DNA from: Patescibacteria group bacterium
GTDB lineage: Bacteria; Patescibacteriota; Minisyncoccia; Phycocordibacterales; UBA9973
Direction of reading: 5' to 3'
DNA length: 64,000 bases
Assembly (NCBI GenBank): GCA_038063535.1
Contig: JBBTUV010000004.1
Span: 20,530-84,529, forward strand
Shown here: positions 42,650-51,045 of the stretch, one piece after another
Numbering within the stretch: the first letter of the stretch is position 1
How the letters are laid out: every line of letters begins with the position of its first letter
Notes under the pieces: generated by a model
What the model saw: only the letters and a program-made list of their open reading frames with translations
Told to the model about the DNA's origin: nothing
The model's database searches: none
Position numbers and translations under genes: made by a program

Positions 42650-43994
42650 TTCCAGCTTAAATTCTCTGTCGCCGATAGACGGAAGGTACAGGAAGTTCAG
42701 CGAAGTTCTGGCGCCGTATTTCAGCGAGCGAGCGCTTATGCGCCATAGGATCATAGTGGAAGGGGAGTATCTGATCGCGCTTTCGGAAGCAAGAGGAGTT
42801 AACCTCCGTAGGCTCTCGACCAAAGAGAAGAAATTTATTCGTGGGCTATATAACCTCAAGGAAAAAGATGCGGAGCGAATCTCGGAGCTGGAAAAGACAA
42901 CCGATCATGACGTCAAAGCGCTCGAATACTATATGAAAGAGAAGTTAACACGGACGTCGCTTAAAGATGTCTCCGAATGGCTCCATTTCGCGCTTACCTC
43001 CGAGGACACGAACAATATCGCTTACGCGCTCATGCTCTCGGAATCGCTCGAGAAAGTTATGGTCGCGAAAATAGAAGAGATTGCCAAGGTACTTAACAAT
43101 CTTGCAAAACGATACAAGAGTCTCCCGATGCTTGCACGCACCCACGGCCAGCCGGCCAGCCCCACCACCTTCGGCAAGGAGATGAAAGTTTTTGCCGGGC
43201 GGCTCGAGAAGCAACTAAGTGTTTTACGAAATACTAAAATAGAAGCTAAGTTGAACGGCGCCACGGGAAACTGGAATGCGCATGTGATCGCATATCCAAA
43301 AGTAAACTGGATTAAATTCTCTGAAAATTTTATCCGAAAGCTCAAACTTGAGCCCAACTCGATAACTACCCAAATCGAATCACACGATAGCTATATTGCA
43401 GTCTTCGACACATTACGCCGGATAAATACGATCCTAATCGGATTCAATCAAGATATCTGGCGCTACATTTCAGATGATTGGATAGGGCAGACTTCAATTG
43501 GCTCGGTTGGTTCCTCCACCATGCCGCACAAGATTAATCCGATTAAATTCGAGAACAGCGAGGGGAATCTCGGTGTCGCGAACGCACTCTTTGAATTCTT
43601 CGCCCGCAAGCTCCCAATTTCGCGTCTGCAGCGCGACCTTTCCGATTCAACCGTCGAGCGGAATTTCGGAGTCGCTTTTTCTCATTCGCTAATTGCTTAC
43701 GAGTATTTACTGAAAGGCCTAAGCACGATAAAAGTAAATGAGAAAAAGGTAAAAGAAGACTTAAATAATCATCCGGAAGTTATCGCCGAGGCGATACAGA
43801 CAATTCTGCGACGCGAAGGCGCAAGGATGCCGTATGAAGAGTTGAAAGCCCTGACCCGCGGGAAAAAAGTTACCCTCGAAGATTTCCGAAAATTCATCGA
43901 TAATTTGGATGTCTCCGAAAAAGTCAAAAAAGAATTACGTAAAATTACTCCCGCGAACTACACTGGGCTCGCTTCTCGTTTGACTTCTCCCTAG
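42639..43994 (+). CDS. purB: Adenylosuccinate lyase
   Basis: 451 aa. LSPIDGRY, TSEDTNN, and the signature GSSTMPHKINP. Confidence 0.9.
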   Translation: MSLNSSLNSLSPIDGRYRKFSEVLAPYFSERALMRHRIIVEGEYLIALSEARGVNLRRLSTKEKKFIRGLYNLKEKDAERISELEKTTDHDVKALEYYMKEKLTRTSLKDVSEWLHFALTSEDTNNIAYALMLSESLEKVMVAKIEEIAKVLNNLAKRYKSLPMLARTHGQPASPTTFGKEMKVFAGRLEKQLSVLRNTKIEAKLNGATGNWNAHVIAYPKVNWIKFSENFIRKLKLEPNSITTQIESHDSYIAVFDTLRRINTILIGFNQDIWRYISDDWIGQTSIGSVGSSTMPHKINPIKFENSEGNLGVANALFEFFARKLPISRLQRDLSDSTVERNFGVAFSHSLIAYEYLLKGLSTIKVNEKKVKEDLNNHPEVIAEAIQTILRREGARMPYEELKALTRGKKVTLEDFRKFIDNLDVSEKVKKELRKITPANYTGLASRLTSP

Positions 43995-44095
43995 GCATCT
44001 AACTTCTTCACTTTAGTAAACTAGAGTACTTTACTTGGATAAAGTCAACAGGTTGGACCATCGCGGGGCTTCTTGTTTTATGGTAAAATATTTAC

Positions 44096-44455
44096 ATGAA
44101 GAAGTTGGCAATAATTTTTCTCCTGGTGGCAATTGTAATTCCCGCCATTTCTTTTGCTCAAAGCGGTGATACGGTAGATCGAGCCGGGGATCCGAACCCC
44201 GACGTGCCGACGAGCTATATACGAAGTTCGGAGATACGAAATATCCAAACGATAGTCGGCGAGAAAACTCCTGATTTCATTAAAAAGCCGATAATAGCCT
44301 CGATAACCTGGCTTGAGAATTTTCGCCTTACCGGAGCAGAGAGGAGCGAAGGCCAGTTCTACCATTTCGTTTTCGCAAACGTATACGTCTTCTACGGCAT
44401 ATTTATCGTGATCGTCCTTTTGGTGCTCCGCACGATTTGGCGTATAATTTTTTAA
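44096..44455 (+). CDS. Hypothetical secreted/membrane protein
   Basis: 119 aa with a signal peptide (MKKLAIIFLLVAIVIPAISFA) and a C-terminal TM. TGgTAAAAT at 44081-44089 lies 6 nt upstream of the ATG. Confidence 0.4.
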   Translation: MKKLAIIFLLVAIVIPAISFAQSGDTVDRAGDPNPDVPTSYIRSSEIRNIQTIVGEKTPDFIKKPIIASITWLENFRLTGAERSEGQFYHFVFANVYVFYGIFIVIVLLVLRTIWRIIF

Positions 44456-44724
44456 TGGCCCGGCGGATCGCGTTCTCCCTAATACTTCTTACCTCGGTAC
44501 TCTTTTTTCCTTTCTGGCTCTCGGTTATTTTAGCCTTATTCGGTATGATTTATTTCCGGCTTTATCTCGAAGCAATCACAGTTTTCTTCGTCTCCGACCT
44601 TCTTTTTGGAGTTCCGCAGGCGAGATTTGGGGGCATCACTTTTCTCTCCGCGCTCGTTTCTGCAGTTGTTCTCTTTTTAATAGAATTCATTAAAAGGCGT
44701 TCAATCTTATCTGCAAAGCAATGA
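44437..44724 (+). CDS. Hypothetical three-helix membrane protein (position suggests MreD-like role)
   Basis: 95-aa hydrophobic ORF that overlaps both neighbours and lies directly upstream of the PBP2 gene. The MreD assignment rests on position only. Confidence 0.35.
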   Translation: MAYNFLMARRIAFSLILLTSVLFFPFWLSVILALFGMIYFRLYLEAITVFFVSDLLFGVPQARFGGITFLSALVSAVVLFLIEFIKRRSILSAKQ

Positions 44725-46394
44725 TTCGAAAATTTTTTACGAAAAGGAAAGTCAAGGAAGCAAATTTTTTCGTTGAGCCGGACGAGATATTTCTCGATTC
44801 CAAGAACATCGGCAATTTCGACCGCCAGCAATTCGAGGGCAGGCTTGAAAAATCCATTTCGAAAAATACCGTTCTCTTTCTCGGGCTAGCATTCCTTCTT
44901 GCCACTTTTATTTTCGGAACACGCCTAGGGTACCTCCAAATCGTGAAAGGAAACGCCTATCTCCTACGCAGTGAGAAAAATGTTCTCTCCCAAGACATAA
45001 TTTTCGCCGACCGGGGAATCATCTACGATCGCAATAGAGTAGAACTTGCCTGGAACAAGGAATCGACCCGCGCCTATTTTTCGCCCGGATTCTCCCACGT
45101 TCTAGGCTATGTGAGCTACCCGGCGCGAGACTCAAGCGGGGTCTGGTGGCAGACGGAATTTATCGGGCGTGACGGCCTTGAGAAAGAATACAACGACAAG
45201 TTGAATGGAGTGAACGGTTCGAAAATAGTGGAAGTCGACGCGGCCGGAGAAGTGCACTCGGAAAACATCGTGAACGCTCCGGTGCGAGGGGAGGACTTGG
45301 TTACCACTCTCGATTCGCGTCTCTCGAGTGAGCTTTACCGCTTGATCAAGGGTCTCGCGGAAGGCAACGCGTTCACCGGGGGCGCGGGAGTGATCCTCGA
45401 TGCGAGAAACGGGGAAGTGCTCGCCGCGACCAGTTTTCCGGAATACGACTCGGAAGTGCTTTCTCGCGGAGAGGATTCAAATCTGATCGATGGCTACATT
45501 TCTGACAAGAGAAAAGTTTTCCTTGATCGTACCATCTCTGGGCTTTACACTCCGGGCTCGATCGTAAAGCCGTTCCTCGCGCTTGGGGCGCTCGCGGAAA
45601 AAATTATCGACCCAGCCAAGAAAATCCTCTCAACCGGATCGATAGCGATACCGAACCCATATGACAAGACCAAAGAAACCATCTTCAGGGACTGGAAAGC
45701 CCACGGCTGGACTGACATGCGCCAGGCGCTTGCCGTGTCTTCGGACGTTTATTTTTATACGATTGGCGGCGGGTTTAAAGACCAGAGGGGTCTAGGAATT
45801 TTAAACATTAAAAAATATCTAGAGCTCTTCGGGATCGGGCAGAAATCTGGCGTGGACTTGCCTGACGAGAAGGGCGGGACGATCCCAAGCCCGGAGTGGA
45901 AGATAAAAAATTTCCCCGGCGACCCTTGGCGAGTAGGCGACACCTACAATACTGCGATTGGGCAGTACGGATTCCAAGTTACGCCTATGGAAATGGCTCG
46001 CGCTTCTGCTACGATCGCGAATTACGGAAAGTTAGTGACACCGCATTTCCTCGCGGGAGATAAAGCGAAAGAGGAGGTGGTCGTTGACCTAGGACTTCCG
46101 CAGGAATATTTCAAGGTGGTGTATGAAGGAATGCGAGGGTCAGCCACCTATGGCACTGCCAGTATTCTTAATGTCCCGTATGTTGAAGTTGCGGCAAAGA
46201 CCGGAACTGCGGAGCTCGGCGCCGCCAAGAACCGCATCAACTCTTGGATAGTAGGGTTTTTTCCTTACGAGGATCCCAAGTACGCCTTTACTGTCCTGAT
46301 GGAATCGGGCCCGACCGGCGCCTCCGGCGCCTCCGGCGTCATGCGCGGACTTCTCGACTGGATGAGCATAAATACCCCGGAGTATTTCGAGTAA
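44721..46394 (+). CDS. mrdA: Penicillin-binding protein 2 (elongation transpeptidase)
   Basis: 557 aa. An N-terminal TM, a PBP dimerisation domain, SxxK (PGSIVKP), SxD (SSDVYF) and KTG (AKTGTAE). Confidence 0.85.
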   Translation: MIRKFFTKRKVKEANFFVEPDEIFLDSKNIGNFDRQQFEGRLEKSISKNTVLFLGLAFLLATFIFGTRLGYLQIVKGNAYLLRSEKNVLSQDIIFADRGIIYDRNRVELAWNKESTRAYFSPGFSHVLGYVSYPARDSSGVWWQTEFIGRDGLEKEYNDKLNGVNGSKIVEVDAAGEVHSENIVNAPVRGEDLVTTLDSRLSSELYRLIKGLAEGNAFTGGAGVILDARNGEVLAATSFPEYDSEVLSRGEDSNLIDGYISDKRKVFLDRTISGLYTPGSIVKPFLALGALAEKIIDPAKKILSTGSIAIPNPYDKTKETIFRDWKAHGWTDMRQALAVSSDVYFYTIGGGFKDQRGLGILNIKKYLELFGIGQKSGVDLPDEKGGTIPSPEWKIKNFPGDPWRVGDTYNTAIGQYGFQVTPMEMARASATIANYGKLVTPHFLAGDKAKEEVVVDLGLPQEYFKVVYEGMRGSATYGTASILNVPYVEVAAKTGTAELGAAKNRINSWIVGFFPYEDPKYAFTVLMESGPTGASGASGVMRGLLDWMSINTPEYFE

Positions 46395-46416
46395 TTGATA
46401 AATATGAGTCAATATC

Positions 46417-47400
46417 CTAAATTTCTAGGCTACTTTCAAATTTTTTCTTCAGAGTGCCGAGTTTCATTCCCGCATTAAGAAGATGACCTATTGATACTTT
46501 GGTTAAAAACGCTTCAGATAACTTTTTCTGTATATAGAACTCTACGCCATGAAGTACGATGCCGAAAATGTAACAATGCATTGCTCCTAATAAAGCAGAT
46601 TTTTCTTCTTTGCCTAATTCTCTGACGGTCATATATCCTTTATATAAACTTCGTAGCTTTGCGAAATCAAACCTCCCATTACTGTATCCGAACCAAACAA
46701 GCGCGCCCCCTAGATCAAGCACGAGAGGCCCCTTGTATGAGTTATCAAAATCCACCACCCCAGTAAGTTTCTTGCCAGAGAATAGAACATTGCTGGGACT
46801 AATATCTAGGTGCATTGCACCATTTGGCAAACTACGGGGCAATTTGTATTTAAATGCGTCTCTCTTTATGAGAGATATGGCTTTTTTTATCTTTTGATTA
46901 GAAATATTTTTCCCGGCCTTTACGGTATAATTTATTTTTTTCTCGGTAATGGAGTACAACTTCACTCTGCTGATTTTTGAATTAAAATTTTCTGTTTGTA
47001 TATGCAATTTACCCAAAAACACCCCAATTTCATATGCCATTTTCTCATCAATATTATCAGCTATATATCCTTGCAAATATTTATAAAGCATCGTTTGGTG
47101 TTTTTCGTAAAGAACTAGATATCTATCGTTTTGAGCCTTTATTAGTTTAGGTGTCGGAAGTTTTTTTATTTTATTTAGGAGTTCGACTTCGTATTTAACA
47201 CGATGAGGGTTGTTTCTGACAGCAATTTTCAAAATGAAATACCCTTTTGTTGTTTTCACTTTATAGGCATAGTTTGCCACCCCTCCCTCAAGTTTTTTGA
47301 AATTTATTAATCTGCCAAGCCCAGGATATTGCCTTAAATGCTTTTTGAGTGTTTCAAAAGTAAAAGCTGGTGCTTTAAGAATGTTCTCTCGAATCTTCAT
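46417..47400 (-). CDS. Aminoglycoside-phosphotransferase/homoserine-kinase-II family kinase
   Basis: 327 aa. A Gly-rich loop region (LEGGVANYAYKV), FILKI, the catalytic HLDISPSNVLF and VVDFDNS. It is clearly more AT-rich than the flanking genes. Confidence 0.65.
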   Translation of the reverse strand: MKIRENILKAPAFTFETLKKHLRQYPGLGRLINFKKLEGGVANYAYKVKTTKGYFILKIAVRNNPHRVKYEVELLNKIKKLPTPKLIKAQNDRYLVLYEKHQTMLYKYLQGYIADNIDEKMAYEIGVFLGKLHIQTENFNSKISRVKLYSITEKKINYTVKAGKNISNQKIKKAISLIKRDAFKYKLPRSLPNGAMHLDISPSNVLFSGKKLTGVVDFDNSYKGPLVLDLGGALVWFGYSNGRFDFAKLRSLYKGYMTVRELGKEEKSALLGAMHCYIFGIVLHGVEFYIQKKLSEAFLTKVSIGHLLNAGMKLGTLKKKFESSLEI

Positions 47401-47403
47401 TTC

Positions 47404-48006
47404 TTATTGCCTATTTTTTAGCGCGTTTCGGAGGGTTTCGTTGTCCGAGTACTCGAGCTCGGTGCCGGTCGAGAGGCCGCGGCCCAATGAAGAAATCTTG
47501 AAAGAGATTTTTGCGCTGGCTTCTTTCAATTCGCTCCGCACATATTGGTCAGTGTGTTCTCCGTGGGGATTCAGGGAAAATGCGAGAATCACTTCTTTCG
47601 GTTTCTCTTTTTGAATTTTCTTTTTTAATGCTTCTATGCGAACTTGCTGTTTGGTGTTTTTTTCCACGATCGGGACAGTTCCGCCCAAAATAAAGTATTT
47701 TCCGTGGTAGGTTCCGCTCTTCCGTACGCTTTCGAGATCCGAATCTTTTTCAACCACCATGAGCGTTTTGCCCTCGATATTCGGGTCGGCGCAGATCTCG
47801 CAAACCTGCCCTTTTTTTGATATAAAAAATCTGTAACACTCTCTGCATTGGGCGACCTCCTTTTTTAATTCAGCGATTAATCGGGTTAAATTTTCCGCGT
47901 AAACATCGCCACGAGACATGAGATAATAAACAAACCGCCGAGCCTGCCGCTCGCCGATGCCAGGAAATTCCTTGAAGATCTCTGAGAGCTTATCTATGAT
48001 ATCCAT
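47404..48006 (-). CDS. recR: Recombination protein RecR
   Basis: 200 aa. The HhH motif is FPGIGERQARRF, the zinc finger is CRECYRF...CEIC, and a Toprim region follows. Confidence 0.9.
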   Translation of the reverse strand: MDIIDKLSEIFKEFPGIGERQARRFVYYLMSRGDVYAENLTRLIAELKKEVAQCRECYRFFISKKGQVCEICADPNIEGKTLMVVEKDSDLESVRKSGTYHGKYFILGGTVPIVEKNTKQQVRIEALKKKIQKEKPKEVILAFSLNPHGEHTDQYVRSELKEASAKISFKISSLGRGLSTGTELEYSDNETLRNALKNRQ

Positions 48007-48021
48007 CCCGTTAGAAAATTC

Positions 48022-49434
48022 CTAAAATTCATCCAGTTCGCCGCCGGTTTTCGAAGGCGCGAATTCCGAGAGGGTGCTTTTTTCGAGGTTCAGGAATGTA
48101 GTCGTCTTCTCGTTGAAATAAAGTTCCACCTGCCCGACCGGCCCGTTTCGGTGTTTGGCGACGAGGAGCTCCGCGATGTTCGTCTTTTCCGATTCATCGC
48201 GCACCTTGTCTTCGCGGTGAATGAAGATAACCACGTCTGCGTCCTGCTCGATCGAGCCGGAATCTCGGAGGTCTGAAAGGCGGGGCTTGCCGCCGCGCGA
48301 CTCGATTGCGCGGGAGAGCTGAGAGAGGGCGAGGACCGGCACGTTCAATTCTTTGGCGAGGGCTTTCAAGGAACGGGAAATTTCTGTCACTTGGTTCACC
48401 ATCGAATCGTAATTTTTATTCGTGGTCATGAGCTGGAGGTAATCGACGACGATTAGGTCTAGCCCTTTTTCGACCTTAAGCCTGCGCGCAAGCGCTTTCA
48501 TTCGGACGATGGTATTGCCGGGTTGATCATCGATGAAGATCTTTGCCTTTGCGAGCTTGTCGAGCGAGTCACGGAGCTGGGAGAATTCCCGGTCAGAAGA
48601 AAGGCGGCCGGTGCGGAGGTTCCAGGCGTTCACTTTCGATTCGGCAGAAAGCATCCGGTCCACCAGCTGCTGCGAGGACATTTCCAGGGAGAAAACGAGC
48701 ACCGATTTGTCGTCGCGGGTGGCGGAGAGGCGCGCCATATCAAGTGCCAGCGTGGTTTTTCCCATCGAGGGGCGTGCCGCCAGTATAATCAGGTCGGCTT
48801 TCTGAAGACCGGAAAGAAGGGTATCGAGGTCGCGAAAGCCGGTGGAGAGCCCGCGAAGCATGCCTTTGTGTTCGTGCAGTTTCTCGAGGCGCTCCCAGGC
48901 TTCCGGCAGAGCGTCCTTCAAACTCGTGTATTTCTGATTTTTCGGGCTGGAGATGACGCTGAAGATTTTTTTCTCGGCGTGATCGAGAACTTCGGCGATA
49001 CTCTCATCACCTTCTTCGAAAGCAAGCTCGGAAACGTAATCGGCCGCCTCGATCAGGGAACGCAGCACGTATTTTTTCTGGACTATTTCCGCATAATGCC
49101 GGGCGTTGGTGGAAGAGGGAACTTCGTTCACAAGTTCGGTGAGGTACGAGTTTCCGCCGACCCGTTCGAGGTTCTTCTGCTCGGTGAGCTTGGCGGAGAG
49201 GGAAAGCATATCGATCGGCTCGCTTTGGGCGGACAGATCCAGCATCGCCCGGAAGATTATCTTATGTTTTTCGGCGTAAAAAGAGTCCGGTGTGAGCACG
49301 TCCTCTACCTCGTGCATCGCGTCTCTCCGAAGCATGATAGAGCCGAGCACGGCGCGCTCGGCTTCAAGATTTTGAGGCGGGATCCGGAGCTCGGTCCGGG
49401 AGGGAGTATTCCTCTTTGCCTTTTCCTTGGCCAT
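48022..49434 (-). CDS. dnaB: Replicative DNA helicase DnaB
   Basis: 470 aa. IPPQNLEAERAVLGS, the Walker A motif ARPSMGKTT, VVDYLQLM and SQLSRAIESR. TGcTAGAAT (minus strand; hexamer at 49446-49441) lies 6 nt upstream of the ATG. Confidence 0.9.
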   Translation of the reverse strand: MAKEKAKRNTPSRTELRIPPQNLEAERAVLGSIMLRRDAMHEVEDVLTPDSFYAEKHKIIFRAMLDLSAQSEPIDMLSLSAKLTEQKNLERVGGNSYLTELVNEVPSSTNARHYAEIVQKKYVLRSLIEAADYVSELAFEEGDESIAEVLDHAEKKIFSVISSPKNQKYTSLKDALPEAWERLEKLHEHKGMLRGLSTGFRDLDTLLSGLQKADLIILAARPSMGKTTLALDMARLSATRDDKSVLVFSLEMSSQQLVDRMLSAESKVNAWNLRTGRLSSDREFSQLRDSLDKLAKAKIFIDDQPGNTIVRMKALARRLKVEKGLDLIVVDYLQLMTTNKNYDSMVNQVTEISRSLKALAKELNVPVLALSQLSRAIESRGGKPRLSDLRDSGSIEQDADVVIFIHREDKVRDESEKTNIAELLVAKHRNGPVGQVELYFNEKTTTFLNLEKSTLSEFAPSKTGGELDEF

Positions 49435-49517
49435 GGAGCCATTCTAGCACAAACGTATCGGGGCGAAAGTTCCATTCTTGGAAAATATGTTATTAAAATG
49501 TTAATATAATAAAGACG

Positions 49518-50465
49518 ATGAAAAAAGTGTTTTTATCGGGGATTCAGCCCTCCGGCAAGCCGCATATCGGCAATTATTTCGGAATGATAAAGCAACTTCT
49601 TGAGGCACAGGGAGAGTATGATGTCTATGCCTTAGTCGTTGACTACCACGCGCTCAAGTCGATACAGAGCCTCGAGGAGATGAAACAAAACATCATTGAT
49701 GTCACGCTCGACTACCTGGCGCTTGGCCTCGACCCAAAAAGAGCGATATTTTTCAAGCAGAGCGACGTGTCCGAGCATACCGAGCTGGCCTGGATTTTCG
49801 ATACCATTACCACCATGCCGTACCTCATGCGGGCGCATGCTTTCAAAGACGCGGAAGCCAAAAATAAAGAAATAGATGTTGGCACCTTCAATTATCCTAT
49901 GCTTATGGCCGCGGATATCCTGCTCTATGCTCCCGACGTAGTGCCGGTCGGCGCTGATCAAAAACAGCATATCGAGATCGCCCGCGACACTGCTCTTAAG
50001 TTCAACAGAATCTATGGAGAGACTTTTAAAATTCCGGAGGCAATGATCCTCGAGAATGTGGCAGTAGTGCCTGGCACGGACGGGCGTAAGATGTCGAAGA
50101 GCTACGGCAACACGATTCCGCTATTTGCCGAGTATGAAGAGATAAAAAAATGCGTGATGAGCATCGTTACCGACTCAGGAGAGGGAATCCCGAAGAATGT
50201 TTTTGAGATTCATAAATTGTTCCGTACAGAAAGTGAATTAAAAAAGATTTATGAGAGCAAAGCAGGGAAGTATCAAGAACTAAAAGAGGCGCTCATAGAA
50301 GACATCGAAAAATTTGTCGCACCAATGCGGGAGAAGAGAAAAAAACTTGAGAAAGACATACCTGTAGCGTTAGCAGTACTAAAGGAAGGAGGCAAAAAGG
50401 CCAAAACCGTCGCTTCGGCCAAAATGGATGAAGTTCGCAAAAAAATCGGGGTGCACGTTTACTAA
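49518..50465 (+). CDS. trpS: Tryptophan--tRNA ligase
   Basis: 315 aa. The HIGH motif reads GKPHIGNY, GADQKQHIE is present, and the KMSKS motif reads KMSKS. Confidence 0.9.
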   Translation: MKKVFLSGIQPSGKPHIGNYFGMIKQLLEAQGEYDVYALVVDYHALKSIQSLEEMKQNIIDVTLDYLALGLDPKRAIFFKQSDVSEHTELAWIFDTITTMPYLMRAHAFKDAEAKNKEIDVGTFNYPMLMAADILLYAPDVVPVGADQKQHIEIARDTALKFNRIYGETFKIPEAMILENVAVVPGTDGRKMSKSYGNTIPLFAEYEEIKKCVMSIVTDSGEGIPKNVFEIHKLFRTESELKKIYESKAGKYQELKEALIEDIEKFVAPMREKRKKLEKDIPVALAVLKEGGKKAKTVASAKMDEVRKKIGVHVY

Positions 50466-50466
50466 T

Positions 50467-50757
50467 ATGAAAAGTAATTCGAAAGAATATAAAAAGGAAA
50501 TCGTGGAGGTCCTTTCCAGGGTAGGGGATAAGAGGGCCTTAATGCGGGATTTCATTGAGGACCTTTTAACTCCGCATGAATTTGAGAACATTGGTTTTCG
50601 CTGGCAAATAGTGAAGCGTTTAGCGAAAGGAGAAACTCATCAATCTATCGCAGAAGATCTGCGCCTTGGCGTAAGCACGGTGACTCGGGGTTCTCGAGAG
50701 ATGCGTAACAAGGAAGGGGGCTTTCATAAAGTTCTCCGGCTTCTCAAGCTGGAATAG
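50467..50757 (+). CDS. TrpR-related YerC/YecD-family DNA-binding protein
   Basis: FIEDLLTPHEFENIGFRWQIVKRLAKGETHQSIAEDLRLGVSTVTRGSREMRN matches the Trp-repressor-like HTH pattern. The start is set at ATG 50467, 1 nt after the trpS stop (the track ORF starts at 50428 inside trpS). Confidence 0.7.
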   Translation: MKSNSKEYKKEIVEVLSRVGDKRALMRDFIEDLLTPHEFENIGFRWQIVKRLAKGETHQSIAEDLRLGVSTVTRGSREMRNKEGGFHKVLRLLKLE

Positions 50758-50833
50758 GTAGAAAAAGAAAGGGCAAGGGAACAGCGAGGTTATCCACACC
50801 TTGCTTTTTCTGCCCTTGACTTCTCCCACTATT

Positions 50834-50855
50834 CCATACTAGTATACTAGTATGG
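50834..50855. promoter_or_regulatory. 22-bp perfect palindrome, trp-operator-like (ACTAGT-N2-ACTAGT)
   Basis: CCATACTAGTA|TACTAGTATGG is its own reverse complement. TTGACT lies at 50816-50821, 18 nt upstream of the embedded TAGTAT. Operator function is inferred. Confidence 0.5.
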
Positions 50856-51045
50856 CAAGGATAGAAAGAAACGGAACGGAAATAAGTTCTAAAGGGAAGT
50901 GGTGGAGCGCAAACACACTTGTTTTTGCGTCTATCTTTTGATTTCTCTTTATTTTCTAAACTAAAAAAGGAATCCAAAAATCGGCGCATGAGCGTCGATT
51001 TTGTTCTTTAACAGTATACATAAACCTAAACAAAAAGGAGAAGAC

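Noticed and set aside
48523-49509. 328-aa plus-strand ORF antisense to dnaB. Similar long antisense ORFs occur in clpB (10039..10746), typA (13265..14029), infB (4623..5168, 5299..5772), purH (39463..40056) and elsewhere.
   Set aside because: This is the same shadow-frame effect of codon bias. Each overlaps a confidently identified housekeeping gene and has junk-like composition.
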